The position numbers and the translations under genes were made by a program. A DNA stretch of 19,572 nt. It comes from Gemmatimonadota bacterium (GTDB taxonomy: Bacteria; Gemmatimonadota; Gemmatimonadetes; Longimicrobiales; RSA9). The stretch spans positions 9,333 through 28,904 of the forward strand of contig JBBDRO010000101.1 in assembly GCA_040905425.1 (NCBI GenBank). Reading direction: 5' to 3'. Below, one piece after another: positions 1-5,184 of this stretch; within the stretch, counting starts at the first letter, position 1, and the number at the start of each line of letters is the position of its first letter. The notes under the pieces are model-generated. The model saw nothing but the letters and a program-made list of their open reading frames with translations, did no database searches and was not told where the DNA came from.

Positions 1-138
1 CCCCGCGAGAGGTCATCATCCGCCCCCGCGAGAGGTCATCATCCGCCCCCGCGAGAGGTCATCATCCGCCCCCGCGAAAGGCCCTCATCCGCCCCCGCGA
101 GGGACGATCAGACGCAACCGCGAAGGGCGCTCAGGCGC
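1..138. repeat. 23-bp tandem repeat array, 6 in-phase copies (may continue left of the window)
   Basis: Unit ccccgcgagaggtcatcatccgc is exact at 1-23, 24-46 and 47-69. Variants follow at 70-92 (ccccgcgaaaggccctcatccgc), 93-115 (ccccgcgagggacgatcagacgc) and 116-138 (aaccgcgaagggcgctcaggcgc). The last one contains the nadA stop. Confidence 0.9.
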
Positions 139-1207
139 AGCCGCAGCCACTGCGGCCCAACCCCGCCTCCTCGAGCTTCCGCTCTTCCGCGGTGGGTGCC
201 TGCCAGCCCCCGGACAGCTCGAGCATGCCGCGCAGCGCCTTCTCGGCCTGCTGGCGCACCGCCTCGTCCAGCTCCACCGGATACTGCTCGTGTTCCACGG
301 CCCAGGCCAGCTTGGCCAGCGTGTTCACCTTCATGTTGCCGCACACCGCGGCGCGTGACAGCGGTACGATGGTCTTGGCGGGGAAGCGCTCCTGGAGCCG
401 ATCGATGAGCCCGCGCTCCGTGCCGATGATGAGCGTGTCGTGCTCCTCGGCGAGCGCGGCCATCCTGGAGGTGGAAACCACGAAGTCGGCCCGCTCCAGC
501 AGATCGCGCCGCGCCTCGGGGTGGATCACCACCTTGGCGTCCGGGTGGGTGGCCAGGGCGCTATCCAGTTCCTCCATGACCAGGTCGTCGTGGACGTAAC
601 AGTAGCCGTCCCAGGCCACGATCTCGCCGGGGTCGTCCGTGGGCTCAGCACTTGAGGCGGAACGCAGGGCGCGGCCCGTGCGCTCGGCCACGTAGATGGC
701 CAGATTGCGATCCGGCACGAAGAGCAGGCGCCGGTCCCGCGGCAGGGACTCCGCTACCTGCACCGCGTTCGAGCTGGTGCAGCAGATGTCCGATTCGGCC
801 TTCACCGCGGCGGTGGAGTTCACGTACGCCACCACGGCGGCCTCCGGATGGCGCTGCTTGAGGCGGCGCAGGGAGTCGGCGGTGACGAAGTCGGCCATGG
901 GGCAGCCGGCCCGGAGGTCCGGCATCAGGACCTGCTTGGCGGGCGAGAGGATCTTGGCGGTCTCCGCCATGAAATGGACGCCGCAGAAGATGATCGTATC
1001 GGCGGCGGTGTCGGCCGCCTCCTGGGAGAGGCCCAGCGAATCGCCCACGAAATCGCTCACGTCCTGGATGTCGCCACGCTGGTAGTTGTGCCCCAGGATG
1101 ACGGCGTTCAGCTCCGCCTTGCGCCGGCGGATGCGCTCCACCAGCTCCTCGGCGGGGAGCTGGGCGTAGTGGAGCGGCGATTCGAGGCGCTCTCGGGTGA
1201 GGATCAT
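131..1207 (-). CDS. nadA: Quinolinate synthase A ([4Fe-4S] enzyme, NAD biosynthesis)
   Basis: 358 aa. NadA motifs ILGHNYQ, DFVGDS, IFCGVHFMAETAKILSP, AGCPMAD, VAYVNS, CCTSSNA, FVPDRNL, GYCYVH, HPE, IGTE and VCGNMK, with all three cluster Cys present. AAGGAG lies upstream of the ATG. Confidence 0.96.
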   Translation of the reverse strand: MILTRERLESPLHYAQLPAEELVERIRRRKAELNAVILGHNYQRGDIQDVSDFVGDSLGLSQEAADTAADTIIFCGVHFMAETAKILSPAKQVLMPDLRAGCPMADFVTADSLRRLKQRHPEAAVVAYVNSTAAVKAESDICCTSSNAVQVAESLPRDRRLLFVPDRNLAIYVAERTGRALRSASSAEPTDDPGEIVAWDGYCYVHDDLVMEELDSALATHPDAKVVIHPEARRDLLERADFVVSTSRMAALAEEHDTLIIGTERGLIDRLQERFPAKTIVPLSRAAVCGNMKVNTLAKLAWAVEHEQYPVELDEAVRQQAEKALRGMLELSGGWQAPTAEERKLEEAGLGRSGCGCA

Positions 1208-1237
1208 CTCTCTATCTGCTCCTTACGGTTGCCTTGT

Positions 1238-1274
1238 GCACGAGGCCCGCGGGCTCTACCCGCGGGCCTCGTGC
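1238..1274. terminator. Perfect 16-bp GC-rich hairpin between iscA/erpA and nadA (terminator/attenuator or mRNA stabiliser)
   Basis: gcacgaggcccgcggg-ctcta-cccgcgggcctcgtgc. No U-tract follows on the minus strand, so the function is uncertain. Confidence 0.55.
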
Positions 1275-1298
1275 CAGGAGGTGCCGTGCGGGCCTACG

Positions 1299-1628
1299 TC
1301 ACACCGTGAACGAGCTGCCGCAGCCGCAGCCGCCGTTCGCGTTCGGGTTCTTGAAGGTGAACCCCGAACCCATCATGGTGGTGACGTAGTCGATCTCCAC
1401 GCCGTCCAGGTACTGGCCGCTAAACGGATCCACGAAGAGACGGATGCCATTGGCGTCCATGATGTCATCATCCTCCTGGGCCTCGTCCTCAATATTGAGA
1501 CCGTACTGGAAGCCGGAGCAGCCTCCCGGGAGTACGGCCACGCGGAGCCCCGCGGCCTCGGCCGCGCCCTGCTCCTCCATGAACTTGCGAACCTCGTCCG
1601 CCGCGGTCGGCGTTACGGTCACGGTCAT
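1299..1628 (-). CDS. A-type iron-sulfur cluster carrier protein (HesB/IscA/ErpA family)
   Basis: 109 aa from MTVTVTPTAA (ATG at 1628 with AGGAGG 8 nt upstream). Motifs LRVAVLPGGCSGFQY, YLDGVEIDY and FKNPNANGGCGCGSSF. IscA and ErpA cannot be separated by eye. Confidence 0.94.
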   Translation of the reverse strand: MTVTVTPTAADEVRKFMEEQGAAEAAGLRVAVLPGGCSGFQYGLNIEDEAQEDDDIMDANGIRLFVDPFSGQYLDGVEIDYVTTMMGSGFTFKNPNANGGCGCGSSFTV

Positions 1629-1731
1629 CCTGCGTCCTCCTGAAATGACGTCCTGTGTTCGGACCGCACCCCTATACCCGGGAGCGCCCCGCGGGTTTCG
1701 GTCCTGCAAGGATACCGCCGCGGGTGCGCCG

Positions 1732-1761
1732 ACGTTAGGCCACGGGTCACCCGGGTGTCAA
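1732..1761 (-). promoter_or_regulatory. Sigma70-type promoter for iscA/erpA-nadA
   Basis: Minus strand TTGACA (1761-1756), an 18-nt spacer, then TAACGT (1737-1732), in the gmhB-iscA intergenic region. Confidence 0.6.
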
Positions 1762-1796
1762 GGCTGCTGGCGGGCGGAGTGTCCTCCGCTACGTCG

Positions 1797-2375
1797 TCAG
1801 AGGCCACGCAGCCACCGGATGGCGCGTCCGGCCGCCGCGCCGAGATCGGCCTCCACGCACACCTCGGGCGGCGCGTCCGCCGCCTGCTCCGCGCCGTAGC
1901 CGGTGCGTACCAGCACGGGCAGGCCGCCCAACGTGAGGGCCGGCAGCACGTCTTTCAGCCGATCACCCACGTACACCGAGCGGGCCAGGTCCACCGCCAG
2001 TTCGTCCCGGGCCCGCAGGAAGAGCCCCGTGGCCGGCTTCCGGCACTCGCACGGGCCCGTGAAATCGGGGTGATGGGGGCAGTGGTAGACGGCGTCCAGC
2101 CGCACACCCCGCTCCTCCAGCAGCCCCTCCAGGCGGGCCTGCACCGCCCGAAAATCGGCGTCCGCATAGAGCCCGCGGGCAATGCCGGACTGGTTGGTGA
2201 CCACCACGAGCAGGAAGCCGGCGTCACGCAGCGACCGGAGCGCCGCCGCCGCGCCGGGTACGACTTCCACGCGCTCGGGATCCGCCAGGTAGTGACGCTC
2301 CTGCACCAGCGTTCCGTCCCGGTCGATGAACGCCGCCGGACGTCCCGCGGCTCCGGATTCAAGCGACGAGGGCAC
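1797..2375 (-). CDS. gmhB: D-glycero-D-manno-heptose-1,7-bisphosphate phosphatase (HAD-IIIA, GmhB/HisB-N family)
   Basis: 192 aa. Motifs FIDRDGTL (DxD), VVTNQSGIARG, Zn site CPHHP...CECRKP and VGDRLKD. The GTG start overlaps the selA 3' end by 17 nt. Exact substrate not certain. Confidence 0.85.
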   Translation of the reverse strand: MPSSLESGAAGRPAAFIDRDGTLVQERHYLADPERVEVVPGAAAALRSLRDAGFLLVVVTNQSGIARGLYADADFRAVQARLEGLLEERGVRLDAVYHCPHHPDFTGPCECRKPATGLFLRARDELAVDLARSVYVGDRLKDVLPALTLGGLPVLVRTGYGAEQAADAPPEVCVEADLGAAAGRAIRWLRGL

Positions 2376-3756
2376 CGAGCACTCCTCGCACCAGCTCTTC
2401 CTCCTCCTCCTCCAGCACCGTGCGCGGATCCAGCCGCACCCGGTCGCCCCCCACGGTGGCCACGATGGGGGGGCTGGCGGCCCGCAATGCCGCCGCCAGC
2501 GCGTCCGCCCCGTGCGGCGGCAGGAGGCTCACGATGGCCGTCGGCAAGGCCGCTTCCGGATAGGCGCCGCCCCCCACGGCGGACGAGCCGTCGGTGACCT
2601 CCACCTCGGCCCCGCCCCGCCGCAGCGCCGTGGCAAGCCGGTCAGCGCGCGCGCGCAGTTGCTCCGGCTCCGCGCTCAGCATGCGCAGCGCCGGCACCTC
2701 CCGCCGCGCGCACTCGGGATCCAGGTAGAGGCGCAGGGTGGCCTCCAGCGCCGCCAGGGTCAGCTTGTCCACGCGGAGCGCCCGGCAGAGCGGGTTGCGC
2801 CGCAGCGCCTCGATCAGGCTGGCGCGCCCGAGGACGATCCCCGCCTGCGGGCCGCCCAGGAGCTTGTCCCCGCTCAGCGTCACCACGTCGGCGCCGGCCG
2901 CGAGCGCCTGCCCTGCCGTGGGCTCGCCCGCCAGGCCCCAGGGCGCCAGGTCCAGCAGCAGCCCCGAGCCCAGGTCGTGGACCAGCGGCACGCCCGCCTC
3001 CCGGGCCAGGCCCGCCGCCTCCGCGGCCGCCACCTCACCGGCAAAGCCGCGCACGGTGAAGTTCGAGGGGTGGACCTTGAGCAGCACGGCCGCGCCCGCC
3101 TCCAGCGCGGCCCGGTAGTCCGCGGCATGCGTGCGGTTGGTGGCACCCACCTCCGCCAGCTGGACACCGGCACGCAGCGCGATCTCCCCGATGCGGAAGC
3201 CGTCCCCGATCTCCACCAGTTCCCCGCGGCTCACCGCCACCGGCCGCCCCAGCGCCAGCGTATTCAGCGCCAGCACGAGCGCCGCGGCGTTGTTGTTCAC
3301 CACCAGGGCGGCCTCCGCACCGGTCAGGCGGCAGAGCAAGGCGGTGCAGTGGTCGTAGCGCGAGCCCCGCCGGCCGCTCTCCAGGTCGTACTCCAGGTTG
3401 GTGTAGCCGGCGGCGGCGTCCGCCACGGCCCGCACCGCCGCCGGAGCCAGCGGCGCGCGCCCCAGATTGGTGTGCAGCACCACACCGGTGGCGTTGATCA
3501 CCCGCCGCAGCCCGGGCGCCGCCTCGTGGCGCAGGTGTGCCGCCACGCGCTCGGCCCAGGCGGCGGGGTCGGCCAGCCAGTCCGGCGCGTCTCCGGCGGT
3601 GCCCAGGCCCTCCCGCACATCCGCCTGCACCTGGTTCAGCGCGGCGCTCACCCGGGCCCGGGGCGTGTCGGCCAGGAGCGGCTGGAAGGCGGGCGCCTCC
3701 AGCAGGCGGTCCGCGCCCGGGATCAGACGCCGTGGATCAGCGATGGGGTCGGCCAC
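2359..3756 (-). CDS. selA: L-seryl-tRNA(Sec) selenium transferase (selenocysteine synthase)
   Basis: 465 aa. Motifs VINATGVVLHTNLGRAPL, NLEYDL, VVNNNAAA, SRGELVEIG, EVGATNRT, KVHPSNF, DLGSG, PLP-lysine motif SGDKLLGGPQAG and RALRVDK. Confidence 0.95.
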   Translation of the reverse strand: MADPIADPRRLIPGADRLLEAPAFQPLLADTPRARVSAALNQVQADVREGLGTAGDAPDWLADPAAWAERVAAHLRHEAAPGLRRVINATGVVLHTNLGRAPLAPAAVRAVADAAAGYTNLEYDLESGRRGSRYDHCTALLCRLTGAEAALVVNNNAAALVLALNTLALGRPVAVSRGELVEIGDGFRIGEIALRAGVQLAEVGATNRTHAADYRAALEAGAAVLLKVHPSNFTVRGFAGEVAAAEAAGLAREAGVPLVHDLGSGLLLDLAPWGLAGEPTAGQALAAGADVVTLSGDKLLGGPQAGIVLGRASLIEALRRNPLCRALRVDKLTLAALEATLRLYLDPECARREVPALRMLSAEPEQLRARADRLATALRRGGAEVEVTDGSSAVGGGAYPEAALPTAIVSLLPPHGADALAAALRAASPPIVATVGGDRVRLDPRTVLEEEEEELVRGVLGALVA

Positions 3757-5149
3757 GGTCGGGCTGCGGTGGACGCACGGCCGCAGTGGCGGGGGAGGTC
3801 GCCGCAGTGTCGGGCGGGACGCCGGCCGTGTCGGGCGGGACGCCGGACGCGGCGGGCGGGATGCCCGATGTATCGGGCGGTGCAGCCGCCGCGGCGGGCG
3901 GGATGGCGGCGGTGTCCGGGGGCGGGGGCTCGGGGACGCGCAGGATCACCTGCCCGCCGCCATCGGGAATGCTGTTCAGGTTACGCACCCCGCTGACCCG
4001 CACCACCAGGGTGTCACCCGCCTGCAGGGGTGGCTGCACGCGCAGGATCAGCTCCCGCGCGGGGGTCGGCAGGCTGTCGGCGGCCGCCGGGTCCGGCTCC
4101 TCCGCTGCCGCAGCCCGCGCCGCACGTTGCGCGCTGTCCGCGGCCACCAGCGCGGCGGCCGAATCCGGGTCCACCGCGGCAATGGAATCCACCCGCGCCC
4201 GGAATATGGAGTCCTCGCGCACCCGGCGCGCGGAGTCCCGCGCGGCCTGGCGCGCCGCGTCGAACGCGCCACTGCGCAGCAGTTGCAGTTCTGCCTCCAC
4301 CGCCGTGGTGTCCGGCAGGCTGAAGAGCGCCGCGCTCATCTGCTCCGGGTCCTGCTCCGGGTCCAGGTGATCGTCGAAGGTCAGGCGCACATGGCTCGAA
4401 TCCTCCACGGCCGCGCTCATCAGGCGCGCGCGGGTGGTATCCCCGGGGAGCAGGTGGTAGATGCCCAGCGAGGTGTCATTGGCCTCACTCAGGAAGACCA
4501 CCGCGCGCGCGGAGGACTGCTCCAGCGGGTCGAGACGCTCGTTCCGGTTCTGGTCCACGTAGGCCACGACCTCGTAGGAGCCGAACGGCACGTAACGCAG
4601 CGCCACGAACCCGGCCGTGTCGGCCACGGCCACGTAGGTGGTCGAATCCGCGCGCCGGAACGCCGCCAGCTTGGCGCCCTCCACCTGCCGGCCCGTGAGG
4701 CGGTCCAGGATCAGCCCCGCCACGGCGGTCTCCTGGATGCGTGGGCCGGTGGAGAAGACCAGTTCGGTGCGGGTCGTCCGAACGTTGCGGAAGAGGTCCT
4801 GCAGCGTGGGCGCCACCGTGATGTAGTAGATGGCGTCCTCCCGCCAGCCACCCTCCAGCCGCACGCGCAGCTCGCGCCCGCTCCGTTCCACCCGCAGCTC
4901 GCCGGTGGCCGGCGAAACACGCACCGCGTTGTCCACGCCCTGCTCACTCAACCGCTCGTCGAAGCGGAAGATCACGGGACCCTCCACCGGCCCCACGCTG
5001 AGCGCCTCGGGGACCGTCTCCACCAGGCGAGGCGGGGTCTCGTCCGTCTCGCCCCCCGGCAGCGACCCCACCCGGGCGCAGGCCGGGGCCACGACCGCGA
5101 TGGCCAGGACAGATGCCAGCACAGCCCGGAGCCGCGCCCCCCGCGTCAC
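3737..5149 (-). CDS. Ig-like (Big_5-type) domain lipoprotein with Pro/Ala-rich tail
   Basis: About 470 aa from GTG at 5149. Basic then hydrophobic signal peptide ending in lipobox-like APAC, followed by PGGETDETPPRLVETVP...IFRFDERL, typical of bacterial Ig-like domain lipoproteins. Also a Ca-loop-like DQNRNERLD. Confidence 0.8.
   Translation of the reverse strand: MTRGARLRAVLASVLAIAVVAPACARVGSLPGGETDETPPRLVETVPEALSVGPVEGPVIFRFDERLSEQGVDNAVRVSPATGELRVERSGRELRVRLEGGWREDAIYYITVAPTLQDLFRNVRTTRTELVFSTGPRIQETAVAGLILDRLTGRQVEGAKLAAFRRADSTTYVAVADTAGFVALRYVPFGSYEVVAYVDQNRNERLDPLEQSSARAVVFLSEANDTSLGIYHLLPGDTTRARLMSAAVEDSSHVRLTFDDHLDPEQDPEQMSAALFSLPDTTAVEAELQLLRSGAFDAARQAARDSARRVREDSIFRARVDSIAAVDPDSAAALVAADSAQRAARAAAAEEPDPAAADSLPTPARELILRVQPPLQAGDTLVVRVSGVRNLNSIPDGGGQVILRVPEPPPPDTAAIPPAAAAAPPDTSGIPPAASGVPPDTAGVPPDTAATSPATAAVRPPQPDRGRPHR
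3779..3925 (-). repeat. About 7 copies of a degenerate 21-bp (7-aa) coding repeat, xPP(DT/AA)xx
   Basis: Encodes PPPDTAA-IPPAAAA-APPDTSG-IPPAASG-VPPDTAG-VPPDTAA-TSPATAA. DNA units such as gccggccgtgtcgggcgggac (3821-3841). Confidence 0.85.
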
Positions 5150-5184
5150 GCCAGCGCCGCCCGCGTCACGCCAGCGCCGCCCGC
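5140..5184. repeat. Exact 20-bp tandem duplication spanning the valS stop and the lipoprotein start
   Basis: ccgcgtcacgccagcgccgc at 5141-5160 and 5161-5180. Confidence 0.95.

Noticed and set aside
60..133. Selenocysteine read-through of the nadA TGA (CGCA-U), prompted by the nearby selA
   Set aside because: No convincing SECIS hairpin follows the TGA, and read-through runs into the non-triplet repeat and stops after about 22 codons.
1..138. CRISPR array
   Set aside because: Units are contiguous with no unique spacers and there are no cas genes. The DinG here lacks type IV cas neighbours.
1208..1298. NAD+ (nadA-motif) riboswitch
   Set aside because: Only a simple perfect hairpin is visible and I could not match the aptamer by eye. 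An Rfam scan would settle it.
1629..1709. N-terminal extension of the Fe-S carrier given in the ORF track
   Set aside because: A strong AGGAGG precedes the ATG at 1628 and family similarity begins there. The carrier also has Cys, not Sec, at all motif positions.
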